DNA of 64,000 nt from an uncultured Desulfarculus sp. (GCA_963665125.2 CAXXUK010000001.1:3328001-3392000); one strand, 5' to 3'; shown: positions 9,051 through 18,855, counted from the stretch's first letter. Numbers and translations: made by a program. The notes: a model not told the origin generated them from the letters alone.

Positions 9051-10577
9051 CTAAATGCCCCTGTCCAGGCTTCTATAACCAATTGCCTCGGAAAGATGAG
9101 GGAGGCCTATATCTTTACTCCCTTCAAGATCGGCGATTGTGCGGGAGATTTTCAGAATCCGGCTATATGCCCTGGCGGAGAGCTTGAATCTTTCCATGGC
9201 GGTTTCCAAAAGACGGAGCCCTTCACTTGATAGCTTGCAATGCTGGCGGGTAAGCCGCGTAGGCATCTGCGCATTGCAATAAACACCCGTCCCTGCAAGC
9301 CGTTGTTCTTGGTGCCCACGTGCTTTGATCACTTCCCGGCGAATATCAGCCGAAGAAGCACCGCAGGTGTCTGAGGACAGCTCCTTGAAGGGCACCGCCG
9401 GAACCTCAATCTGAATGTCAATGCGATCCATCAATGGCCCGCTTACTTTGCTCTGATAGTTGCGCACTTGCAGCGCCGAGCACGTACAAGCCATCCGTGG
9501 ATCACCATAGTGGCCGCAGTTGCATGGATTCATGGCAGCGCACAAAGTTATGCGCGCGGGGTAGTCCACCGTAGCCGCTGCTCTGGTTACGGTGACAGAG
9601 CCTGTTTCCAACGGCTGCCGCAAAACCTCCAACACGCTTTTCTTAAATTCCGGCAATTCGTCTAAAAAAAGGATTCCATTATGCGCCAGACTTACTTCTC
9701 CTGGCCGGGGAATGGTTCCGCCTCCGATTAGACCAGCATCCGAAATAGTATGGTGCGGTGAACGAAACGGTCTTTGGGTAATCAATGCCGTATCCGAGGG
9801 CAACTTGCCAGCCACACTGGCGACTTGCGTAACTTCTATGGCCTCCTCAAATGACATGGGCGGCAGGATAGTGGCGAGCCGGCGGGCCAACATGGTCTTG
9901 CCGCTTCCCGGCGGGCCGATCATTAGGACATTATGTCCACCTGCGGCCGCAATGGTAAGCGCCCGTTTGGCATGCTCCTGTCCCCTGACTTCGTTCATGT
10001 TTGGGCCGTCGTTATTCTCCGGTGCCATGAACAATTTTGAATCAAGTTGAGCTGAAGGAAGTTTCTCTTTGCCCAATAAGTGCGCAATGACCTGGTCCAA
10101 CCGTTTAGCGGCCAGCACGTCCACCCCTTCAACCACAGCCGCTTCCAATGCATTCTCGGTCGGCACAATAAGTGTCTTCAGGCCGTTTTTACCAGCAGCT
10201 ACCGACATGGGTAGAACACCGCGAACAGGCCGTATGGCTCCATCCAAGGCCAGCTCGCCCACCACTCCTATCCCCATCGTTTTTTCTGGTGGGAAAACGC
10301 CGGATGCCTGCAAAATACCCAATGCGATAGGAAGGTCGAAAGCGGTGCCTTCCTTGCGAACATCAGCGGGGGCCAAGTTGACCGTAATGCGGTTTACGGG
10401 GAGCGCATAGCTTGAATTGACAAGAGCCGCCCGAACCCTTTCCTTGGATTCGCGGACCGCTCCATCAGGCAGGCCGACAATGTTGAACACGGGCAATCCC
10501 GGAGCCAGATCGACTTCAACCTTGACATGATACGCATCAATTCCCAGCACGGCCAGCGATGTAATCTGAGCTAGCAT
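9051..10577 (-). CDS. comM: YifB-family Mg-chelatase-like AAA+ ATPase ComM
   Basis: VGLPD..VRESKERVRAA, GELALDG, GPPGSGKT, PGEVSLAHNGILFLDELPEF, CAAMNPC and DRID motifs. Confidence 0.93.
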   Translation of the reverse strand: MLAQITSLAVLGIDAYHVKVEVDLAPGLPVFNIVGLPDGAVRESKERVRAALVNSSYALPVNRITVNLAPADVRKEGTAFDLPIALGILQASGVFPPEKTMGIGVVGELALDGAIRPVRGVLPMSVAAGKNGLKTLIVPTENALEAAVVEGVDVLAAKRLDQVIAHLLGKEKLPSAQLDSKLFMAPENNDGPNMNEVRGQEHAKRALTIAAAGGHNVLMIGPPGSGKTMLARRLATILPPMSFEEAIEVTQVASVAGKLPSDTALITQRPFRSPHHTISDAGLIGGGTIPRPGEVSLAHNGILFLDELPEFKKSVLEVLRQPLETGSVTVTRAAATVDYPARITLCAAMNPCNCGHYGDPRMACTCSALQVRNYQSKVSGPLMDRIDIQIEVPAVPFKELSSDTCGASSADIRREVIKARGHQEQRLAGTGVYCNAQMPTRLTRQHCKLSSEGLRLLETAMERFKLSARAYSRILKISRTIADLEGSKDIGLPHLSEAIGYRSLDRGI

Positions 10578-10849
10578 AAACATTCCACATTCAGGCTTCA
10601 GAAACGATAGTAAAAGAGAACAACTTAAGCCCTCTTGGCGCGTGTTCATTATAGTTGCCAGGGCAGACTACGCAAGCGGCAACCGTTACTGCCGGCTCAT
10701 TCGCAAAATAACCTGCAAGTTGGCCCTTTTGGTTTTCAAGTAAGCCGACGGGCCTGATTTCCGTTGTCGTACCAGCGCTCCCGGATCAACTCCCAACTAT
10801 CTTGCCAATTGCCCTGACGATACTCCCTGGTTGATACCGATACGGCTAG

Positions 10850-11158
10850 GCCTTGTTCGGCCAAGGTTCGGGCCCAGGTGCGGCCGCTCGCTATCGCCTA
10901 CATCAGTGCCTGGACGGTCAGGCCCATTGCAACGCTCAGCTGACCACCACACAGGTGCGGGCGCATTGCCGTCTGTCGGAGGAATGCCTGAGTCTGCTGG
11001 AAAAGGCTATGAACCGCTTCAGCCTATCGGGTCAGGCCTACATCCGCATCCTCAAGATTGCCCGGACCATTGTCGACCTTGACGGAGCCCATGGCATCGC
11101 CCGGAACCACCTGGATGAGGCGATCGGCTACCGCAGCCTGGATAGGGGCATGGGCTGA
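10850..11158 (+). pseudogene. comM: Decayed 3' fragment of a second comM paralog
   Basis: 48/75 residues identical (manual alignment) to the C-terminus of the intact ComM; upstream CSAKVRAQV lies in another frame; N-terminal portion absent. Confidence 0.85.
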
Positions 11159-11381
11159 AGCTCCGACGATCAAACCCACTGTTGATTTTTTCCCATGCAC
11201 TGACAGTCAGCCTCTAAAACGCCCTGGGCCGTGTAATGCAATCGCCATATATCCTGGAAGAATTTTGGTGAAATAGCTTCCTGTGTTCATCCATGCGAGT
11301 GCGTTAAACCTGAAAAAAGAGGTGGCCCCCAATCGTTAGACAGTTTGGCGGCGTAGTTAAGGTGGATGGTATTTGTTGTTG

Positions 11382-12224
11382 TCATGCCGCCGCTTCGGTC
11401 AATCCCGTCGTGGGTCGGCCCCAGTATGCCTCGTCCGGCGTTTTGCCATCCAGGCTGGAGTGGGGTCGCCGTTGGTTATAGTAATCGATCCAGGAGCCGA
11501 TTCCCTTCCTGGCCTCGCTTCCCGTCTCAAAGGCATGCAGATAGACACATTCATATTTGAGAGAGCGCCACAGGCGTTCGATCATGACATTGTCCATCCA
11601 GCGGCCTTTGCCATCCATGGAAATTTTGATCTCAGCATCCTTGAGCACCTGGGTAAAGCCAAAGCTTGTGAATTGGCTCCCCTGATCGGTATTGAAAATC
11701 AGGGGGTTGGGAAACCTTCGCAGGGCATCACTCAAGGCGGCCACGCAAAAATCAGCATCCAAGGTGTTGGACAGTCGCCAGCTCAGCACCTTGCGGCTGG
11801 CCCAGTCCATGATCGCCACCAGGTAGAGAAAACCACGCCTCATCGGGATATAAGTGATATCGGCGCACCAGATGTGGCCGGGTTCGCTTATCTCCACCCC
11901 GCGCAGTAAATAGGGGTAAACCTTGTGCCCCGGCTGGGGCTTGGATGTCCCGGGCTTCTGGTAGACGGGGCTAAGCCCCATCTTGCGCATCAGCCGCACC
12001 ACCCGCTTCCTGCCCACGCGATGCCCCTCACGCCGGAGCCAGCGGACCATCTGACGAGAGCCGTACCAGGGCGTTTCCAGAAACTGCTCATCCATCTTGC
12101 GCATCAGCTCAATATTCAGCGGGTTTTCGCCCGTGGCTTCGTAATAAAACGATGAGCGGCTGATTCCCAGGAGCTCACATTGGCGGACAATGCTCAATCC
12201 CTTGGGCCTGCTTGCCTTCACCAT
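11382..12224 (-). CDS. IS3 transposase OrfB (integrase-core DDE)
   Basis: WCADITYI, NTDQGSQF, DN..IER.WRSLKYE and YN..RPHSSL motifs. Confidence 0.93.
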   Translation of the reverse strand: MVKASRPKGLSIVRQCELLGISRSSFYYEATGENPLNIELMRKMDEQFLETPWYGSRQMVRWLRREGHRVGRKRVVRLMRKMGLSPVYQKPGTSKPQPGHKVYPYLLRGVEISEPGHIWCADITYIPMRRGFLYLVAIMDWASRKVLSWRLSNTLDADFCVAALSDALRRFPNPLIFNTDQGSQFTSFGFTQVLKDAEIKISMDGKGRWMDNVMIERLWRSLKYECVYLHAFETGSEARKGIGSWIDYYNQRRPHSSLDGKTPDEAYWGRPTTGLTEAAA

Positions 12225-12244
12225 CGCTTTCCTCCGATCAAAGC

Positions 12245-12532
12245 TCAGCGACCGGAGGCCTTGGCCAAAAAATCCCGTTCAATGGTCAACTGCCCAATCT
12301 TTGCATGAAGCTCTTTGATCTGGGATTCTCCGGCCTCTTGCTGCTTCGCACCCTTGCTGGAGAAAACTTCTGTCAAGCCTTCGGTGGCCTGGCGCTTCCA
12401 CTGCGCAATCATATTGGGGTGGATGTCAAACCGTGCTGCCAGCTCGGAAAGAGTCTGCTCGCCCTTCAATGCCTCCAGCGCTACCGTGGCCTTGAATTCG
12501 GCCGAAAAGCGCCTGCGTTTGGTCTTGCTCAT
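12245..12532 (-). CDS. IS3 transposase OrfA (HTH)
   Basis: RRRFSAEFKATVALEA...IGQLTIERDFL; T6G slippery site at 12272-12266 leads into the open -1 frame of orfB. Confidence 0.9.
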   Translation of the reverse strand: MSKTKRRRFSAEFKATVALEALKGEQTLSELAARFDIHPNMIAQWKRQATEGLTEVFSSKGAKQQEAGESQIKELHAKIGQLTIERDFLAKASGR

Positions 12533-12602
12533 AGCTGGTGTCCCTCCATCGGACTCATCCATACCACCTTACACTATTGTCCGATTTTTGGGGTCCACCT
12601 CT

Positions 12603-12698
12603 GTCGGCCTTGGCCGCCAGAGCGGCGCCACAAGTCAGGCCTACAAATAGCAGTGCCCCGGCGAATACGGCAAAGGCCTTACGCAGCCTGTTATCCAT
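12603..12698 (-). pseudogene. 5' remnant (signal peptide) of an exported-protein gene cut by IS3
   Basis: GGAG RBS then MDNRLRKAFAVFAGALLFVGLTCGAALAAKAD ending exactly at the IS3 terminus. Confidence 0.6.
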
Positions 12699-12776
12699 CG
12701 CCAATACTCCTTAAACGAATAATCCAAATTCCCATAAGGTTTATTCCATTTAAAAAGCATAAGCGATTAATCAATC

Positions 12777-14058
12777 GAGGATGCTGCGCAATATCAAGAG
12801 GCTGACATGGTTCGATTTTGGCCGGAAAATCGTCAGGAGAGGCGGTTTATTTGGTATTTACTCGGGCATTTACCTCCAAATGGGGCCATTGGCGGCGGCC
12901 CCATAAACCACCCCGGTCCCCATTAGCACCCTCAAACCATCATCCGGGCGGCCTTTTTGAGGTTGTAGGCCATGGCGTCTATGAGCAACTGCAGGCCCAG
13001 TTTTGCCGCGCCCAGGTAACGGGCCCTGGCCAAGCGGTAGTCTTTCTTGAGTGTCCCGAAGGCCCGCTCCACCGATCCCCGGCAGCCGCTGATGGCCCGG
13101 TTGACCATTCTTTCAGCCTTGGTTAACGGTCTGCTTTTCACCGCCTTGTACATGATAAGATCAAACAGCCCGGCGTCCTTAAGCGCGCTACGATTGGCGG
13201 CGCTGCTGTAGCCCTTGTCCGCCGCAACGGGCGAGCCCCGCTCAAGCTCGCACTGGTTGACCACCGCCATCATTTCCTTGCAATCAGCCCGGTTGGCCGG
13301 GGTGGCGTGGCCGGCCATGATGAAGCCGTGCTCCCCATCCACGGCCATATGTACCTTGTAGCCGTACCAGGCCCGGTTGCCCTTCCTGGTCCAGGCCGCA
13401 TCCACATCACCGGAATAACTGGTCTTTACTTCATAACCACCGCTTTCCGGCTCGTCATCTTCCTGGCGGTCCACTGGAATCACTTCCTGTTTTTTGCGGG
13501 GCCGCCGGGCACTCTCTACGATGCTGGCGTCGACGATGATGCCGGCCTTAATCTCCAAGCCTCCGGCCGCGATCTGGTTGTTGATCATGTCCAGCAGGGG
13601 CTTTGCCAGATCCTTTTCATGCAGTTGGTTGCGGAAACGGCAGATGGTGGAGTTGTCGGGCACCTCGTTGTCCAGAGAAAACCCGCAAAAGTGGCTGAAG
13701 GAAATGCGGTCTTCGAGGTTTTCCGAAAGCTCACGGTCCGACAGGCCATACCACGATTGCAATAGCAGGGCCTTGAACATGCTCAGGGCGGGATAGCTGG
13801 GATTGCCCACGGCGTCGGGCTTGCGGCGCAATTTTTTCTTGAGCAGCATTTCGATGGGCCGCCAGTCGACCAACTCGTCGATTTTTTCAGGTGTGGTCTT
13901 GTTTCTTTTGCGCCGCACCGCCGCCATATCGGCGAAACCGCCTTTTTTGTCGAATCGATTGGCCATCAATGCCTCCAAACTGGGTGTTTGGAAAATTTTA
14001 GCTAATAATCCCAACATGATAAAGTTGATAATTAGGTAATTTGCCGTGAAGCACTCTC
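12777..14058 (-). mobile_element. IS5-family insertion sequence
   Basis: Flanked by direct repeat CAATC (12772-12776 and 14059-14063); weak IRs GAGGATGCTGCGC / GAGAGTGCTTCAC; single transposase. Confidence 0.8.
12932..13966 (-). CDS. IS5-family DDE transposase
   Basis: LLQSWYGLSD, VPDNSTICRFR, IVDAS, GYKVH, ADKGY and VERAFG motifs; GGAGG RBS before ATG 13966. Confidence 0.92.
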   Translation of the reverse strand: MANRFDKKGGFADMAAVRRKRNKTTPEKIDELVDWRPIEMLLKKKLRRKPDAVGNPSYPALSMFKALLLQSWYGLSDRELSENLEDRISFSHFCGFSLDNEVPDNSTICRFRNQLHEKDLAKPLLDMINNQIAAGGLEIKAGIIVDASIVESARRPRKKQEVIPVDRQEDDEPESGGYEVKTSYSGDVDAAWTRKGNRAWYGYKVHMAVDGEHGFIMAGHATPANRADCKEMMAVVNQCELERGSPVAADKGYSSAANRSALKDAGLFDLIMYKAVKSRPLTKAERMVNRAISGCRGSVERAFGTLKKDYRLARARYLGAAKLGLQLLIDAMAYNLKKAARMMV

Positions 14059-14226
14059 CAATCACGAGTAAAGCGGGTTCCTATCCAACTCATTCATTCA
14101 AGCAATCCCGTGGACAGGAAGCACGGGTCAGGTCATGGCTCAGACAAGCCGGCTGTCCAGACTGTAGCGTGGCAGTCACCGGCGATTCGTCGGCATGGTT
14201 GCCACCTGGAAGTTTTTTGGATTTCC

Positions 14227-15657
14227 TTAGGAGGCAAGCCTCACCTGATTGCGTCCGGAGTTCTTGGCCAGGTAAAGAGCATTGTCGGCCCGGGCCATGA
14301 GCCCCTCAAGGTCCTCGCCCTCTTCCAATTCGGCGACGCCAAAACTGGCTGTGTACTTGATTTGTTGCTCTTTCAGTTGGACTCCGGCCTCCAGAAAGGA
14401 CTCACGGATACGGTGAGCCACGGTCTTGGCATCTTCCAGGGTGCTCTCCACCAAGATAACGCCGAACTCCTCGCCTCCCAGGCGGCCCAGAATGTCGCTG
14501 TCCCTGATATTCTGTCTAGCCAGCATGCCGACCTGACTCAGCACCTTGTCGCCCGCGGCATGGCCGTATGTGTCGTTGATTTTTTTGAAATGGTCCAGGT
14601 CAAAACCGATAAATGACAGAGGGAATCCGTAACGGTGGAAGCGTGAAAAATCCTTCTTGGCGGATCCCAAGAAGTAGGCGCGGTTGTAGGCGCCGGTGAG
14701 TTCATCGAAAGTGGCCATGCGCTTGAGTTCGCGCTCCATGCTTTTGCGTTGGGTGATGTCCTTGTAGCTCTCAACCACTCCGGCTAATTCCCCGGCGAAA
14801 CCCAACAGGGGAGTCCCGGTCATTATATAAGTCCTGGGTTCGCCGCCGGGGCGTTCATAATTGATCTCCACCTCCATGGATTTGCCGGTCGTTTGTACCT
14901 GTTCAAAAAGACAAAACTTGTCACCGCACATGCTCTCGCTGAAAAGATCGTGGCAGAATAGACCCTCCGCTTCCATCTTGTTCGCCCCTGTCATTTTGGC
15001 AAAAGCATCGTTGATGCGTATGATCTTTTTGTCATTGTCCAAAACGCATATGCCATCTGATGAAGCGTTGAAAATGATGTTCAACTCCGCTGATATCACC
15101 TCCGCCTCCACGGCCATGAGATTGGCTTTTTCGATTACATCTTCCAGCTGTCGCACTGTAAATTCCAACTCGTCCGCAGTCTCCTGTCGGCGCTTTTCGC
15201 TGAGTTTGAACTCGGTAATATCGCGCAGGACGCCCTGAAACCCTATCACCCTGCCATCCGCGTTCCTTCTTTCCGAAGCAGTGACCAATACATCAAACTC
15301 CCGGCCGTCAATGGAGCGTATGCGGCAACTGAAATTCCGGACAGATTGATATTGCGACATTTCCTTCAAAATGCGCTCTTTGTCGGTGGCGTCGACGAAC
15401 AGATCTGTGTATTTGATCTGCCGTACGTGCGTGGGGCCACACCCTAGCATCTTTAGCCCGGCGGGATTTACCTCCTGCATCATTCCTTTGTCGTCTATTA
15501 CAAATACAGGGTCTGGCATGTCATAAAACAACTGCCGGTATTGGCGGACTGAATTGACATCCACCTTATCGACTCGTTGCTTTTGTTTTGCCAGTTGAGA
15601 TCTTAGTTCCTGTAATTCTGACAAAAGTTCTTCTTTGGTTTTGTCTTTGTCGTCCAT
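14227..15657 (-). CDS. PAS-domain diguanylate cyclase
   Basis: Two PAS domains, DELTG..NR, DLDHFK and GRLGGEEF. Confidence 0.9.
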   Translation of the reverse strand: MDDKDKTKEELLSELQELRSQLAKQKQRVDKVDVNSVRQYRQLFYDMPDPVFVIDDKGMMQEVNPAGLKMLGCGPTHVRQIKYTDLFVDATDKERILKEMSQYQSVRNFSCRIRSIDGREFDVLVTASERRNADGRVIGFQGVLRDITEFKLSEKRRQETADELEFTVRQLEDVIEKANLMAVEAEVISAELNIIFNASSDGICVLDNDKKIIRINDAFAKMTGANKMEAEGLFCHDLFSESMCGDKFCLFEQVQTTGKSMEVEINYERPGGEPRTYIMTGTPLLGFAGELAGVVESYKDITQRKSMERELKRMATFDELTGAYNRAYFLGSAKKDFSRFHRYGFPLSFIGFDLDHFKKINDTYGHAAGDKVLSQVGMLARQNIRDSDILGRLGGEEFGVILVESTLEDAKTVAHRIRESFLEAGVQLKEQQIKYTASFGVAELEEGEDLEGLMARADNALYLAKNSGRNQVRLAS

Positions 15658-16321
15658 GAAATGAACCTTGCGCTCGGATTTTGCGGCTGTCGTCGCTTTC
15701 CACCGTTTTTTGACGTCCCGACCCCCAGTAAGGAAACGATTGCTCCGTTGATAAGCCCGCGCCTCGCTTCTCATCATTTTGAGCCCTCTGTTGGTTCCGG
15801 CTATGCCATCAACTCGGTTGCCCAACATAAAGCTGCCTCAAGGTCTACCTGTCACCGCTTTATTACTTAAAAATACTGTGAAAATAGGGATTATCGCTTT
15901 TTGGGCCATTTTAGTCCAGTCCTGTTTTTCAATCAACCGTATGCCCTTGGGCAACCAATGCTGAGCATGATGGGTAATGGGAACCGTTGAGGCTGCATCT
16001 ACCCACCGGCAACGGCCTTGCTTATTAACTTGGTTCTATAAGGGTGTCCGAGAAAAAGCCGTTTGCCTTCAATGAGCGTTAAGCAGGTTACAGTCCCCAC
16101 TCTGACCTTTGCCGCTTTAATTGTTGCCGTATCGCTACTCAGTCCGCTGAACTCACGCCCTTCACCATCCCCGAGACCTTCTTTTTAAAAAACCCCGATG
16201 GCCCTCCCGGCGGCGACCGGAGCATGGGCCGAATGCGCACCATGCGTTAAGGAGCAAGCGCTTTTACATTTTTCCATCCACCTTTTCCCTCGGTTGGCCG
16301 GGTTGCGAAAATCCAGCTTGC

Positions 16322-16363
16322 GCTACAGAAACAATAGCGGTAGCATGCTACATAAAACGTAGC
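16322..16363. promoter_or_regulatory. Tandem palindromic operator GCTAC-N7-GTAGC upstream of the CMD gene
   Basis: GCTAC-AGAAACA-ATAGC (16322-16338) and GCTAC-ATAAAAC-GTAGC (16347-16363). Confidence 0.5.
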
Positions 16364-16384
16364 GTAATATAAGGGAGGATTGAC

Positions 16385-16933
16385 ATGCAAGTTCAGAGAA
16401 TCAACGCCATCGAGCCGCCCTACACCGACGATGTCCAGAGGGATTTCGACCGGATTATGCCGCCGGGCATGCCGCCTTTGAACATCTTCCGCACCGTGGC
16501 CAACAACCCCAGGGTTCTGAGCCGGATGATCGCCGGAGGCCTGTTGGATCGGGGCTCCATCAGCATTGCCGAACGCGAACTGGTGATCCTGCGTACCTGC
16601 GCGGTATGCGGAGCTGAATACGAATGGGGCGTGCACGTAAGCGGCTTCGGCCACAAAACCGGCATGAGCCGGGCCCAGATCAGCGACACCGTCAGCCCAA
16701 AGCCGGATCCGGCGCTATGGGAAGACCGGCTGCTCATGCTCATGGAGATGGTGGACCAACTCCACGGAGACAGCACCATTGACGATGAACTGTGGAAAAG
16801 GCTGGCCGCCCGCTACGCTGAAGACCAGATCGTCGAACTGGTGATGTTGGCCGGGCTGTATCATGCGGTGAGCTTTATCGTAAACGCCCTGGTTATCGAA
16901 AAAGAGGAGTTCGCCCCGTCGTTCACCGGGTAG
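16385..16933 (+). CDS. Carboxymuconolactone decarboxylase/AhpD-like protein
   Basis: LNIFRT, ERELVILR and YEWGVH motifs; GGAGG RBS. Confidence 0.85.
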   Translation: MQVQRINAIEPPYTDDVQRDFDRIMPPGMPPLNIFRTVANNPRVLSRMIAGGLLDRGSISIAERELVILRTCAVCGAEYEWGVHVSGFGHKTGMSRAQISDTVSPKPDPALWEDRLLMLMEMVDQLHGDSTIDDELWKRLAARYAEDQIVELVMLAGLYHAVSFIVNALVIEKEEFAPSFTG

Positions 16934-16958
16934 CCGCGGTCTCCGGGCCTGAAATCGT

Positions 16959-18461
16959 TTAAAAGCCGCAATTCGTGTCAACGTTGACCTCATTGCCCTC
17001 CTGCCGCAGATGCCACTGCGTGCCGGTGATCCGCGAAAGAAAGCGCAGGTCATGGCTGACCAGCAACAGCCCGCAGGGGCAGCCGCCCAGGGCCGCCTCC
17101 AGGCATTGGATTGCCGGAAGATCCAGATGATTGGTGGGCTCGTCCATGACAATCAGGTGCGGGCGGCGGATAACGCCCAGGGCCAGCAGCACTTTGCGCA
17201 GTTCTCCGGGGCTGGCCTCCAGGCTGCGCAGCAGGCGTTCGGGGCGCGAACCAAGGGCGCTGACCACGGTCATGACCTGGCCCAGTTGCTCGTTTGAAAG
17301 GCCTTGCACGGCCGCCATGATCTCCCGCGTCCGCGCCAGATCGATCTCCTGGGGCAGGTAAACAAGATGCTCCCGCGCCAGATCGAGCCGCCGGAGGACA
17401 TGCAGGACAAGGGTGCTTTTGCCCAGGCCGTTGGCCCCGGTTATGGCGATACGCTCCTGCCGCGACATGGTCAGCTCGGGTATGGCCAGGCGGCGGCGAC
17501 CGTCAAGGTCGATGGTCTCGGCCGGTATGCTGAAAATCCGGCGGCGCGGGGACACAGAGCCCTCGAGCCAGAAATTCATGGCATAACGCTTCTTCACCCT
17601 TATGGCTGAAACGCGCTCCTGGGCTTGGGCCAGACGTCCGCTGAGCTGATTGGCCAGGCGTCCGGCCTGGCCGTCCTTGCCACTGACGCGTACGAGGTCG
17701 AGCTTGGCCCGCCCGTCACTGTCGCCCCGGGCCAGGCCGCGCTTTGATTTCCGGCGGTCCGCCCCTGCCGCTGCCGCCTGGCGCTTCCGGGACGCCTTGC
17801 CCAGCCGTTCAAGTTCCTGCTCGGCCTTTTGGCGCTGCACGCGCAGGCAGTCCTCCTCGCGGTCGGCCTCGGCGGCGCCCTGGGTGTAACCGCCGGGGCG
17901 CATCACGGCTCCCGGCGGATCGATAAACAGGCATTGGCCGCACAAGCGGTCCAGCAGTTCGCGGTCATGGCTGACCAATAATCCGATCCCGTTAAAGGCC
18001 GCCAAGGCCCCGGCCAACAGGTGGCGGGCGTCCAGGTCGATATGATTGGTAGGCTCATCCACCAATAAGGCGTCGGGCCGTTGCCAGAGGGCCACGGAGA
18101 TCTGGGCCCGTTTGCGCTCACCGTGGCTCAGCGTGGGCCAGCGCCCGGCCCAGTCGTCTCCGACCTGAAGCCTGCCGCGCAGCACGCAGGCTTCAGGGTC
18201 CGTGGCGCTGATCATTTGCGCCAGTTCCCTTGGCATATCATCGGTGCGCTGGGGGCAAAATACGATATGTCCGGGCCGCTTGACCGTCCCGCCTGTTGGC
18301 CGAAGCTCGCCCATGGCCAGACGCAGCAGCGTGGTCTTTCCGGCTCCGTTGGGCCCGATGACGCCCGTCCAGCCCCGGACAAAGTGGGCGCTGATATCTT
18401 TGAACAACGGCGAAACAGCGCCATCATGGACAAAGGCTATATGATTGAAATTCAAGGACAA
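16959..18461 (-). CDS. ABC-F family ATPase (two ABC domains, no membrane domain)
   Basis: GPNGAGKT / LSHGE / DEPTNH and GANGLGKS / ASPGE / DEPTNH, with a long basic inter-domain linker. Confidence 0.85.
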   Translation of the reverse strand: MSLNFNHIAFVHDGAVSPLFKDISAHFVRGWTGVIGPNGAGKTTLLRLAMGELRPTGGTVKRPGHIVFCPQRTDDMPRELAQMISATDPEACVLRGRLQVGDDWAGRWPTLSHGERKRAQISVALWQRPDALLVDEPTNHIDLDARHLLAGALAAFNGIGLLVSHDRELLDRLCGQCLFIDPPGAVMRPGGYTQGAAEADREEDCLRVQRQKAEQELERLGKASRKRQAAAAGADRRKSKRGLARGDSDGRAKLDLVRVSGKDGQAGRLANQLSGRLAQAQERVSAIRVKKRYAMNFWLEGSVSPRRRIFSIPAETIDLDGRRRLAIPELTMSRQERIAITGANGLGKSTLVLHVLRRLDLAREHLVYLPQEIDLARTREIMAAVQGLSNEQLGQVMTVVSALGSRPERLLRSLEASPGELRKVLLALGVIRRPHLIVMDEPTNHLDLPAIQCLEAALGGCPCGLLLVSHDLRFLSRITGTQWHLRQEGNEVNVDTNCGF

Positions 18462-18527
18462 GGCAGACCTCCAAAGTTGCGCGGGCTATCCCTGCCGGAG
18501 GTTGCCTATCCGTGGAGGCGGCGAAAT

Positions 18528-18555
18528 AAAAAAACGCCACGGCTTTGCGTGGCAT
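18528..18555 (-). terminator. Intrinsic terminator in the ABC-F leader (attenuator)
   Basis: Minus strand ATGCCACG-CAAAGC-CGTGGCGT followed by a T7 run, upstream of the CDS start. Confidence 0.75.
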
Positions 18556-18668
18556 TGGCAAGATCAACTAATCAAGGCCACCGCGGAACCACACGGACAA
18601 AACGCACCGGCATCGCCCTCTCCGCCGAATCGGCGAGAGTGAACAAACAATTCCAGAATGCGTTTTGG

Positions 18669-18680
18669 TTAGTTCCTCAA
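18669..18680 (-). CDS. Putative 3-codon leader peptide (M-R-N)
   Basis: AGGAG, 7 nt, then TTG AGG AAC TAA, just downstream of a sigma70 promoter. Confidence 0.5.
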   Translation of the reverse strand: MRN

Positions 18681-18708
18681 CGGTCCGCTCCTGATGAAAT
18701 GGACCCCA

Positions 18709-18737
18709 AAATTAGCATCGCCCCCCGATATTGTCAA
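18709..18737 (-). promoter_or_regulatory. Sigma70 promoter of the ABC-F leader
   Basis: TTGACA-17 nt-TAATTT with extended -10 TG. Confidence 0.65.
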
Positions 18738-18855
18738 ATTGCCGCCCAAGGCCAGGCCTATGGGCTGGCGTAGTATGGAGTAGGATATACCATGAAATCA
18801 GTTCGAGACGATTGAGCCATATTCGGCATTCAGGTATCGGCTCAGGGTATCGCCC

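Larger units (their letters stand above)
11318..12602 (-). mobile_element. IS3-family insertion sequence
   Basis: Imperfect terminal IRs AGAGGTGGCCCCCAATCGTTAGACA / AGAGGTGGACCCCAAAAATCGGACA; orfA and orfB; no target duplication seen. Confidence 0.9.

Noticed and set aside
16040..16062. Possible lone IS end AAGGGTGTCCGAGAAAAAGCC
   Set aside because: No partner inverted repeat or transposase remnant identified
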